64,000 bases of DNA from the human T2T-CHM13v2.0 reference genome, Homo sapiens: NCBI RefSeq assembly GCF_009914755.1, contig NC_060926.1, one strand, 5' to 3'. Both the position numbers and the translations under genes were made by a program. Below the pieces are notes generated by a model that saw only the letters and a program-made list of their open reading frames with translations, searched no databases and was not told where the DNA came from. The stretch's first letter is position 1. Each line of letters starts with the position of its first letter. This document shows positions 1-13,054 of the stretch, piece after piece.

Positions 1-514
1 TGACGAGAGATGATGTTTTAAAACTCTAGTCACCCTAAAAAAGAAATAAAATAAAATGAAATCTAGTCACTCTAAAGAGTTCTTAGCATTGAGAAACCAT
101 TTGTGACATCTGCAAGTTGGAAGCAAAAGTCAAACATCATGCCCCATTCCAAGTTCATTTTAGAGAATTAAATCTGCAGAAAGATAAGCTTTCCAGAGTA
201 AAAACACATATTATGATCAACCTTGGACTTCTCAGTATCACGAGACAGCAGTTGGAAATGAGGAAGAGGCCAGGCCAAAAGTTATGAGAAGAATGCCCGT
301 CTTGACTATAAACTTTTGAGAAAACACAGCTTCTCTTGCTTAACTTCTCAAGAGATGATGAATTGCCATAAACCAAGAGGCACTTTTTTAAAAAAGTTTT
401 TAATTCTAAGAAGCAGCACTGATGGGGCAACGAATGTCTTCTTGCTTAGTCTGTGGAACGCCGAGATCAGTACTGCAGACTTGTTATAAAGATCGTTTCC
501 TCAAATCCTTGGGC

Positions 515-1155
515 ATTGTTGGTGGGAATGTAAAATGATGCAGCCTCTATGGAAAACAGTGGTCCTCAAAAAGTTAAAAATAGAATTAGCATATGATCCA
601 GCAATTCCATTTCTGGGTATATACCCAAGAGAATTGAAAGCAGGATCTGGAAGAGAAATTTGTGCACTCAATGTTCACAGAGGCATCTCTCACAAAAGAC
701 AAAAGATGGAAGCAACCCAAGTGTCCATTAACAGATGAAAGGAGAAAGAAAATGTGGTATATACATACAATGGAATATTACTTAGCCTGAGAAAGGAAGA
801 AAATTCTGACATATCCTACAACATGAATGAACCTTAAGGATATGATACTAAATGAAATAAGCCAGTCACAAAAGGACAAATACTGTATGATTCCACTTAC
901 ATTCGGTTCCTAGAGTAGTAAAATTCATAGAGACAGAAAATAGAGTGGTGGTTGCCAGGGGCTGGGGGGAGGGGAAATAGAGAGTTGTTGTTTAATGGGT
1001 ACAGAGTTTCAGTTTCACAAGTTGAAAAAAGGTGGGTGGATGGATGGTAGTGATGGCTGCAAAACAATGAGAATATACTTAATGCCACTGAACTGTACAC
1101 TTAGAAATGGTTAAAATGGTAAATCTCATTATGTACATTTTACTACAATTTAAAA
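515..1155 (+). mobile_element. L1M (L1MB-like) ORF2 end and 3' UTR fragment
   Basis: ggtgggaatgtaaaatg, atatgatccagcaattcc, aagccagtcacaaaaggacaaatactgtatgattccactta; ORF 535..738 is an L1 ORF2 C-terminal remnant. Confidence 0.85.
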
Positions 1156-1256
1156 GAATGATTTAAAAATATTGTCCCCAGTTTTCAGAGAAAATTCCTC
1201 AATCTTTCTAAAATATATCTATGTGTGTGTACCCACACACACACACACACACACAC

Positions 1257-1551
1257 TTTTTAAGAGACAGGGTCTCACTCTGTCACACCCAGGCTAGAGT
1301 GTAGTAGTGTGATCATAGCTCATTGCAGCCTCAAACTCCTGGGCTCAAGGATCCTCCTGCCTCAGCCTCCCAAGTAGCTAGGACTACAGGCATGCAGCAC
1401 TATGCCTGGCTAATTAAAAAAAAATTTTTTTTTTTTTAGATACAGGGTCTCACCACGTTGCCCAGGCTGGTCTCGAACTCCCAGGCTCAAGTGATCCTTT
1501 CGCCTTGGCCCCGCAAAGTGCTGAGATTATAGGCATGAGCCTGGCCCAGCC
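1257..1551 (-). mobile_element. Alu (AluJ-like), preceded by (CA)n at 1235-1256
   Basis: Dimeric Alu consensus, reverse orientation. Confidence 0.9.
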
Positions 1552-2517
1552 TCTTTTCTACCATATTTTAAAATGCTGGTACTACTTATAGCTTATCTGT
1601 TTCCTAATGCATACAGAAGGCAAATAAATGGACAAGCAGCATTTGAGCATCAGTGAAATACTCTGAGACTCACTAGCCATGCATCATTTGGCAGCTTTGT
1701 AAGCATACAAATGTTCATGGCTATGATTTTCATATTCCAGACCTTCTAAGAAAATTTGTTTTATAGTGCTTTGAAAAATAAAAATATTCCTTAAAACAAA
1801 CCAACGAACCAACCTACAATTATCCAGTGCCCTTTACCCATAGTTTGACAATCACTGTATCCAGGAAATCTATTTTAATGGTTCTCAGTTGTGCAAAAGT
1901 TAAAGGTCATAAGAGCAAGTTTAATTTCAACAAGAGAAAAATATCATTTTATGATAACTAGGACTGCCCCACTGGGAATAGGGATGTAGAACCAAAGTTG
2001 AAACAGCATTTCCCATCTTTATAGTAATTTAAAATTCACATAGAAATTTCAAATACATGATTTCATCTAACCTTGTGACCACCCCATAAGGTAGGTTTTA
2101 GTATTGCCAATTTTAAGGATAAGAACACACAATTTAAGTGATTTGACCACAATCACCTAGCCACTAATGGCTAGAACTCAGGACTAACAGTTTCAGATCT
2201 ATTTTTATATTTCCCAAAGCCTTAAATTTAGCTCTCTGGTCAAAGGCTTTATTGATCTGAGAACTGTCCCAAAGATAAAAGAACCCTCCACTGTTTGGGG
2301 AGTGTGGGCAATAAGAAGAATGTGTGGCTGAGCACAGTCCAAACAACACTAAGGACTCACTTCCTCACCCACACCATGAGGGCGTTACTTGACATTATCT
2401 ACCACCTACCACTCCCCAGTATCTATAAGATCAAAGGTACTTGTACGTGAAATCATTTTAAAAGCATAAAATAAAAAAGTTAAAAGTCATTGAAACGCAT
2501 GGTCTTCAGGAGACTGA

Positions 2518-3133
<616 letters not shown>

Positions 3134-3329
3134 TTTCATGATTCTTATCATCAGTATGGCTGAGAGTAGAAGATGAGCATGTATGCAAAACAAAGAAAAC
3201 CAGGCAAAAAACTTGACTGGTGTCCATAGTGGGCTGGAGGTGTGACAGACTACTTGCTTTTTGCGGGGTAAAACCAAATTTGTAGTTTGCCCAGGTTCTA
3301 GAGACACTGAACCCTGAGCCCTTTCCTCA

Positions 3330-3626
<297 letters not shown>

Positions 3627-3859
3627 CTAAACGACCTGCTGAGCCTAGCTACTATTCTCATCAGCCCAGGGACTGGCAGCTGCCTGACACTGTGGGCTGT
3701 GCCTTCCTTTATTCACTCTCAAAGAGTGGGTGTGGGGGGACTGGCTGGGAGTTGGCAGAGGTGCAGATGGAAGGCTATGGAGCCAGTCGTCTGGTGCCTG
3801 GGAGCTGGGACAGAAATGCAGGGTAATGGGGCCACCTAAAGGCTTCCAGCTTCTGGTTT

Positions 3860-4395
3860 TATTTCATTCATTTGTCGGATCTGTAAATACTCACTAAGTG
3901 AATACAGACAGTGTCGTTGGCACAGCTGATACAGGTGATGAATAAGACAGATGAGGCCCCTCCCTCAGAGAGTGATAGGATGAGGAAAGACAGACTATGT
4001 CCTGATAAGGGCTATGAAGAAAAAGTGCCAGGGGATGTGACTGGGAGTGCCCATGGGACCACACTGGGCCTTTCTGAGCAGACGGCATTTAAGCTGAGAC
4101 CCACAGGTTGAATGACACAAGGGAACAAAACTGAAGGGAAGGCTTTCCAAGCTGAGCACCAGCAAGTGCAAAGTCCCCAGGGTGGGAACAAGCTTAGCTT
4201 GTTGGAGGAAAGACAAGATGGAGGGGAACAGCGCTCTCAGCTGAGATTAGAGGGGTAGGCAAGGGCCACACCACTTAGGGCCTTGCAGGTCGCAGTAAGC
4301 AGCCTGGATTTTATGCCCCCTCAGTGATATGAGAATTCACCAAAGCACAGAAGAGTTAACTGTCTGACTTATGTTTTCAACAGATGAGTCTGGTC
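3860..4395. mobile_element. Degenerate L2-like fragment
   Basis: ttcattcatt...gatgaataagacag...aagctgagacc...agcaagtgcaaagtccc...ggattttat pattern typical of L2. Confidence 0.5.
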
Positions 4396-6294
4396 TGACA
4401 GATCAGAAAGTAAATAATACACTCCTGCAGTTCTCTATTAAAATGTCTCATTTTAGTTGATCTTTCCACCGAAACCCAAGAGAGGTCTTGGCTTAATTGG
4501 TATTAAAGTGTATACCAGTAACATTTCAGCAGGAATCCACCAGGATGAAAGAAGCATGGAGGACCAGGAGACAGGAAAGATGACAAGAAGGCAGGCAGGA
4601 TGGCAGCCAGCTGGCTCTGGTGGCCCCAGACGCATTTCCACAAGCTGAAGCCGATTTCCTGAGCCACCTGGGGCATGTGCCTGGCTCTTCAACCCTGATC
4701 CAGAGGACTCCTGTGACAGCTGCACAGGACAGTTACTTGCCTGAGGGCCCTCATCCTCTGCCCTGTGCAAAGAGGCCTTCTTCCTGGCTTCTGCAGCCCA
4801 TGGGCTACCTAAGCAACAGCAAAGCAAGAACCTGAAGGGGTGTCAAAAGGAGAATGCCTCCATCACCTCTTTCCCTTGTCTGATCCCATGATTACCAAAA
4901 CAGGGAGGAAAAGACAGTGAGCCCCAGCTGGAGTTTACAGCCCACACTTTTCTAACCTTCTATTCAAAATGAACTTGTCCAAGTACTGCCAGGCATACCT
5001 GAAAAGTGCAAAGGAAAAAAGCGCCTCTATTTCATTCCTTTCTTCCCTTTTAACTACCCTGTATTGAATCATTCCTTAGTGGTTTTCGATATTTTTAAGC
5101 TACATCCAGGTCCAGTAAGCTATAAAGTTATACAGTACTACCTGATCAAGGCAAGTGTTTGCTTCTCCTTAGAGGGGTAAACAAATTTGTCTAAAAATAA
5201 AAAATAAAAACTGCCTTGGTACCCTAGCTGCAGTCTGTCTTAGTGATGGTGGGCAGACTTGGTAAAGGATATGAACATCGCAGTCACTTCCAGTCTTGAA
5301 GCAAGCAATCAAATACCTTTAACATTTTGGGAGAGAAAAAAAACCAAGCCAGTCCTGTCAGTTCAAGGTCAAGAGTTGGTAGGGGCAACAATGGGAAAAA
5401 AGGAAAAATGATCAGAAGCAAAACAACTGTCAACTGCTTCTAAGGAGCTGGAACAATTTGCTTTTGTGAAGAGACTGACAGATAAGAGAAAGGGCGGCTT
5501 CTCTTCCCCACACCACTCCTCCCACCAAAGAGTACGGAAGGAAGGCCGGAAGGAAAAGCTTTGGCAACTTGAACTCCAACTGGGAAGCATCCAATCACTG
5601 TTCCAAAAGCTCTTTCAGAACACATCAACCACTTTCTACTTTTTAGACTGCTACTTAAAATTGAGATATGGTGGACTACAAGAGATATTCAAACTCCTGC
5701 AGTCCAACACACTTCACTGATGAAGAACCAAGCCCAGAAGGTTTTCAGGTAGCGGCAGAGCCTGGAAGGGAACCCAGGTCTCCTGACGCACATTCCCTAT
5801 TAATTATTATCCCATTCCCTAATTATCATTATGTGTTTTTATATTATAAAATAAAAAGGCATTATAGAAAAGAACTGAACAGCAGTCACCCACAATCCCA
5901 TGATCACACTATCACCACTATTCATATTTTGATCACTTTATCATGTGCTTACAGCCTCCCCACCATTGTTAAAATCATATTGGACTAATGTTCTTTCCAA
6001 TACAGAGGCCCCTCACGTCACCATTAACACAATCAAGGATGAAAAACTGAACATTGATATAATATGGAAATCAATTTGGTATAACCTGAACTGATTTTAT
6101 CTTTGCTAAGGGCTGGTACCCTCCAGGACAAGTTTACTCCTCTTATTGAGACACAGTAAAAATATACAACAGCAGCCTATTATTAGGGCTTGGAATTCAG
6201 ATCCTTTTCACGGGGTATTTAAGGCAGAACTTTCTACAAGGCCTGGGACATGCAAATCAAGCTGCTTAACCTCAGAACAGTTCTGTTCACCTAC

Positions 6295-6390
6295 CTGGTG
6301 CATCAGGTACTTGAAGAGGAATGAAAGGATCAGACACGCTTAGAAGCGGGAGGCCAGAGTCCACAGTCTGCCCACCCTTCCTTTTTTCAG
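6295..6390 (-). CDS. AAK1: AAK1 coding exon (approx. exon 17): (A)[31 protein letters not shown]
   Basis: 96 nt, phase 1-1; long polypyrimidine tract + cag, CAG|GTAGGT donor; DPF motif; matches recalled AAK1 sequence. Confidence 0.93.
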
Positions 6391-6583
6391 CTGGAGTTAG
6401 GTTGGAGGGGAAGGAGGAGTCAGGAGAGAAAAAAAGAGAAAAGCAATAACACCAAGTAAATCTAGGTAAGTTTACCCTCTATTAATGCAACAGTTCAAAC
6501 TACAGAGTAAGTCTAAGCCTAGAATAAAAGTGGCTGTAGCTCAGTGAACAGCAAAGTATCTATGAGATACTCAATCTGGCCCG

Positions 6584-6873
6584 TTTTTTTTTTTTTTTTG
6601 AGACGAAGTCTCACTCGTGTCCACCAGGCTGGAGTGCAATGGCACAATCTCGGCTCACTGAAACCTCCGCCTCCCGGTTCAAGCGATTCTCCTGCCTCAG
6701 CCTCCTGAGTCGCCAGGCGCCTGCCACCACGCACAGCTAATTTTTGTATTTTTAATAAAGACAGGGTTTCACCATGTTGGTCAGGCTAGTCTTGAACTCC
6801 TGATCTCAGGTGATCCACCCACCTCAGCCTCCCAAAGTGCTGGGATTACAGGCATGAGCCACCGCACCCAGCT
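6584..6873 (-). mobile_element. AluS-like
   Basis: Alu dimer with short internal deletion. Confidence 0.9.
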
Positions 6874-7450
6874 CAACCTGGTCCTTGCAACATATTATGA
6901 GATGCAATTAACAATAAAACCAGGGTATTCATATGTCTGAAATTCCACTCCTTTCTTGGATATACTGCAGTCTACAGTATCTCTTTCAGAATGTCGAGAG
7001 GAGGTAATGTCCATATCACACATTTTAGCACATAAACAGATATAACACTATCTGTTTTGTAATCTAGCATGTGTATAGGTACTTCCTATGTATCTATCAC
7101 CCTCTTGAGGTCCTTTAAGGACTAAGTCCTACTGTATCACCATGATGTCTAATATAGTGATAGGCAGACACACAGAAAGGGGCAGAAATAGACTTCTTGC
7201 CTATTCCAAGGTTAGACAAGCCCTAATCTCTGTACTATACTTAACATACTATTGGCATTCATTCTATATTTGGCAAAATATAGATTTACAGAACTCTATA
7301 CACCCTATGGAATAACAGAGCTTGACGTGGTCTCAGAATTTTCTGGCACAATTTTCTTATTTCCCCATAAAAGAAAATGAAGCCTAAACGTTAAAGACTA
7401 GCCAGAGGTAGGATCAGAAGCCAGGTTTCTTGGTTTCCACTTTATCATTC

Positions 7451-7909
7451 TTTTTATTTTTTTTCTCCAAGAGACTGAGGTCTTGCTATGTTAACTAGGC
7501 TGGACTTAAACTCCTGGGCTCAAGCGATCCTCCCACCTCAGCCTAGTAGCCTAGTAGCTAGGATTACAGGCATGCACCACCACATGCAGCTTTACATTAT
7601 CATTCTTTTTTTTTTTTTTTTTTTTTTTTTGAGATGGAGTCTTGCTCTGTTGCCCAGGCTGGAGTACAGTGGTGCAATTTTGGCTCACTGCAAGCTCTGC
7701 CTCCCAGGTTCAAGCAATTCTCTGCCTCAGCCTCCCGAGTAGCTGGGATTACAGGCACCTACCACCACACCTGGCTAATTTTTGTATTTTTAGTAGAGAC
7801 GGGGTTTTACCATGTTGGCCAGGCTGCTCTTGAACTCCTGACCTTGTGATCCAACTGCCTCGGCCTCCCAAAGTGCTGGGATTACAGGCGTGAGCCACCG
7901 TGCCCAGCC
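7451..7909 (-). mobile_element. Alu monomer (FLAM-like, ~7451-7590) plus AluS (~7606-7909)
   Basis: Alu consensus; repeated atcattcttt flanks. Confidence 0.85.
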
Positions 7910-8246
7910 ATACATAATCATTCTTTACTTTGCATTTCAGTATTCAGTTTGTTCGTTAATTAAAATCTCATTTTGTTTGTCAGCTGTCTTTCTAGAAAAA
8001 AAAAAGCCTCATTTTGTTTCTATAAAGTGGGTTTTTAAAAAACGTTTTATTTTGAAGTAATACAGAACCACAAGAAGTTCCTGCACATACAGTCCTGTGA
8101 ACCCTTCAACCAGCTTCCCCCAGTGGTGATGTCTTATATAAACTGTAGCCTGAGATCACCGACTCCAGCACAGTACCGCGGCCCTAGGCTCCTCAGTGCT
8201 CACCAGTTGTTACGTGGCCCTATTTGTGCATGTGTCTACTGTTCTT

Positions 8247-9747
8247 TTCTTCTCCCCTCAGTGCCGATGTCACCCATACCTCTGGCTCTGGGACCCCACC
8301 CACACCCTCTGCTCTGTTCTCCCTCCACCCCACCCCACCCCACCCCACTCATGTCTCTCTGCCTCTTTTCATCTCGCTCCCTGGACATCCCTGTCTTTCT
8401 CAATGACCCCTGAATCCCTCCTTCTCAGCCTGAGTGGTGCTGGGTTGAATTTGGAAATCATGGGGCTCAGCATCCCCTCTACTAATCCCCTTGGCCTGGG
8501 CCATCAAATGTGGGACATTTCTTTTCACCTCTCTTGGCCTCAGTGTTCTGTCTGTAAAACAGGCTTGTGGAGGAGTCAAAGTGCTGAGCATGTGTGGGCA
8601 TCACTGGCAGCATCTCTGTGGGCAACTGGCTCTGATTTCCTTCTTTCCCTGTCTTGGACTTTACCTGTCTCTGAATCTTGGTCTCTCTCCAGTTCTGCCT
8701 CTGGCATGAGGAGGATGCTCTGGGGTCTACTGGGCAGCTGTGATGACATGGGAGAGTTTCCACCCCACCCACCTCTATTCCACATTTCTCGTAGTCAGTG
8801 GCTGACCGGGCCTCTTTCTCCCCACCTCCCCTGCCCCCGAGAGCCCAGTGCCCCAGTCCCTTGCCCTCGCCTACTCAGTACCCAGCATCTCTTGAATACA
8901 CTCTGCCACTGTCACAGCAGCCACCTCTGCCACCCTTAATGCTACCTCCTCAGGGCACGCAAGATATAGTCTGAGATGCATGATAAAGTGGAAGGCAAAG
9001 GTGGGATTGCTGGATGGACCGGCGACATTTCCAGTCCCTGGAATCTGGCCGCCTCCTTTACATCCTGGCTTCAAAGACATACGGCACCTGCTTTCACTCC
9101 AGAGGCCCTTGAAATGTGGGAACCCAGTGCCCCAGGCCCAGATATGGAGGTGGTGGCATGTGTGATGCTTACCATTCCTCAGGTGTGCAGGAACTTCCCA
9201 GCCCCAGCTCAACTAGATGGGTAACAGGCAAGGGCCAATAGGGACAGACTGGGGTGTTAATACCCAGATGTGGCAGAAGGGAATGGGGAGGTGCAGTGGC
9301 ATCCCCTTAGTGGGTAACCTCCTCCATCATCTCCACAGCCATGTCCTACCCAGTGGCCGGTCAGCCCCAGTGTGCCAGCAGCTGCTATCAGACCCAGCTC
9401 AGTGACTGGCACACTGAACTCTCAGGACTGTGAGTATCTGCCCTCTTCATCTCCAGGCCTGCCCTGGGAAGTGGGGATGGGATGGAAGGTCACCTCCAAC
9501 CCCCACTGACACACTACTAACCCCACTGTTCTTTGGACTCTGAATTCCCACTCTCTAACCCTCAGCCCTTCCTTGGACTTCCAACACTCCTTGGGATCCT
9601 AATCTCACACCTTCCAACACTCAACTTCTTGGACCTTCAACCTTCTTCTAGGACCCCCAACTCCTCATTCAAACCGTATTTCTCAGCCTTTAAAGCACTC
9701 CCTTCTGGGGCCCCTAGTTCCCTCTGGGACTTTCACTTCCCCCAACC
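8247..9747 (+). other. ~1.5 kb GC-rich foreign genomic segment (putative copy of the CNFN 5' region) nested in an L1 fragment
   Basis: Abrupt composition shift against the AT-rich intron; contains the CNFN-like exon, a MIR-like core (~8520-8563) and (CCCCA)n; L1-like sequence resumes at 9748. Confidence 0.65.
9339..9429 (+). pseudogene. Cornifelin (CNFN, PLAC8 family)-like first coding exon, decayed: [30 protein letters not shown]
   Basis: ctccatcatctccacag|CC ATG acceptor, |GTGAGT donor at 9430; peptide aligns to recalled CNFN N-terminus [31 protein letters not shown]; frameshift and deletion near the 3' end; TGA at 9431-33 if unspliced. Confidence 0.8.
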
Positions 9748-10971
9748 TGTGTGTATAGTTCTTCGCAACTTGATTCTCCGTATAGATTAGAATGAGCACC
9801 ACTGCAATCATGATACAGAACTGTTCCATGAAACCAAAGACCTCCTCATTCTACTCCTTTGTAGTGACACCCACCACTTATTCCTGTTACTATTCTTTGG
9901 AAACCACTATTCTGTTCTCAGTCTCTATAATTTTGTTATTAAAGTGGGTTTTAAACTAAGTTTCTTTAAAGGTAGAAGGAGGAAAAGAAGGATAAAATAA
10001 CTGCTTTTAAGTCCTTGAAATATTTTAAAACGACACAATGAAACATATTTAAAAGAAAAAAAGCAAACTGCAAAACTGAATATACGGTGTAAGTCATATT
10101 TGAAAAAAATTTATATGCAGAAATAAAATTCTAGATACAAATACTGTAAAATGTCAGCAAATGCTCTTCTCTCAAGGTGGGGTTATAAGATTTTATTTTC
10201 TTTACTTTGGGCCTTATTCATTTCTCCACATTTTTATAAATGAACATGTGTAAATTATACACAGGAAAACATATGAAAATAAAGAGGCACCATGTGAAGT
10301 TTTAAATGTTTGCCTGTTTCTCCTCCAATGTATAGACACAGTCTGTCATTTTTGCAGCTTTTACCATACAAATGTTTAATATAGCCCCGTGCCATCCTCC
10401 CGAACCCATTATGACATTTCCTGCTTAGTTTCTCCTTTGATCAATCAGAAGGTTTAAAATCTGTAAACAGTCTGAGTTCAGTTAGAAAATTTATAGAAAA
10501 TGATGTCATCTTGCCCTTTGTACAAACGAGAGCAAATGAGTTCCTGGGATCTAGATGTAATTTTCTTTCATTTGTAAAGAATGAAGGTGTCACAGAAAAG
10601 AAACATTTACACTGCAAACAAGAGAGAGGGGAAAATATCAAATGTTGATAGAAAAAGACCAGATAAACTGAGGAAACTATGAAGACACTTTTTAATGTTT
10701 GTAAAAGCTTAGTGTTGCTGGTTTATGAGATTCCTGAGATGTGGTTATAACTACAGTTTTTGAGCTGGGCTACAGGTACAAATCTCTATTCTGTCATTCT
10801 CCAGCTGTGCCCTTGGGCAGGTGGTCTTTGTGAGGATCACCTGAGATAATGAGCAAGAAAAGTGCTTACCCAGTGGGTTTAACATGCCTCAAGTGCTTGA
10901 TACATGTTCAATGTTATTACTGTCATAACTTTACTCAAATATGTGTTTGTAGCTGTGCCTTTAAGTCCCTT

Positions 10972-10974
<3 letters not shown>

Positions 10975-11045
<71 letters not shown>
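10975..11045. repeat. Compound (TA)n(CA)n microsatellite
   Basis: Direct reading. Confidence 0.97.
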
Positions 11046-11046
<1 letters not shown>

Positions 11047-12000
11047 CCATTTGCAGCCTTTGGAGTAAATATAAAGTAGTGGAAAGGCAGAAACAAAAAC
11101 AAAATAAACCTCATTAAAAAACAGCTCATACAAACAGTGAAACATAACCATGTGTAATAGATGAAAACTAGGCATTAAAACTGGGGTTGGTAGGGTGAGT
11201 AGATGGAAAATGATCAGGGACCTCGATTGTTAACGCTGCTGAATCCAAGGTCCTAAGCTTTGGCACAAAGCAACTCTTCTTATTCATTCAACACGTCTGT
11301 ATGGAGCCAAACATCGTGCCAAATTCTGGGACTCAGCAGCAAAGAAGACTCTCAGGGCTTATTCTGTGACCCTCTTTCCAGACAAACTATATCCTACCCA
11401 GGTCCATGGCTAATCATCATTTTGATGTTCTATTTCAAAGACAACAGTCAATGCTTTACACATTTGATATGTTTGGTCAACTATGTGGCACATCAAACTT
11501 CAAGCAGCATGAACTGGTTTTGGAACATTTTCAAATTTCACCAAAATATCAATATACTTATACAATTTACACAAACAAAGCTAAAAGTGAAACAAAAATT
11601 TTTAACTACTTAATGATGAAAAGCATAACTCCAAAATAATAATGAGAATATCATACGAATATTTATGAGCTATGGTTAAGCTCCACAAAACCCCATTTTT
11701 TTTTTTACTAGGGAAATACACACTCATTAGAAAGCATTCTTAATAAACAGTGTAATCTTCAAAGGTTGAAGCGAGGCAACTGGAGAAAGAGGAAGGAGGA
11801 CATTGGAATATTTTCACATGACAAAGCCTCCCTGAAGATTATAATTAGCCTCCCTCCCCACTTTTGTGCTGGGTGAAAATGACTGTCAAATTGTGAAGAA
11901 AAACTCACAGCCCAAGTACTTTATTTTTTAAAAAAGAATTTTAAAATATGTTACTATGTGTTCCTCTTAATATCACCAAATATAAGAAAAACAAGAAAAT

Positions 12001-12365
<365 letters not shown>

Positions 12366-12651
12366 CTAAGTGTTGTCTCTGAAAATATAATAAAACATCC
12401 AACCTCTGGCTAGAGTTACCAAGAAAAAGAGGAACACAAATACATACAATTAAAATTAATGTACACAGATATTAAAAGATATATATATATATTGTTGTAC
12501 TTTAATGAAAAATTTTAAAACTGCAGATGATTTTCTAGGAAAAGATAATATGTGACATATGAAGAATGCTTACAAAATGAATCTAAAAGGCAAAGGACAC
12601 AAACAATACAATCTCAAAGAAATAAAAATGGGTCAGTAAATAAGGTTCTCT

Positions 12652-13054
<403 letters not shown>

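Larger units (their letters stand above)
8036..9939 (-). mobile_element. Old L1M (L1MB/MC-like) 3'-end fragment split by the 1.5 kb insert (L1 parts ~8036-8246 and ~9748-9939)
   Basis: Resembles L1M 3' UTR consensus (ttttattttgaa...acccttca.ccag.ttcccc; gtgtgtatagttct...gatacagaactgttcc...aaccacta.tctgttctc); direct repeat taaagtgggtttt at 8023-35 and 9940-52. Confidence 0.65.

Noticed and set aside
8196-8939. Longest ORF in the track (247 aa, +) and other overlapping ORFs in the GC-rich block
   Set aside because: Non-ATG start inside L1 sequence, S/L/P-rich with no recognisable domain; explained by stop-poor GC/pyrimidine-rich DNA. The informative signal is the 30-aa CNFN-like exon at 9341.
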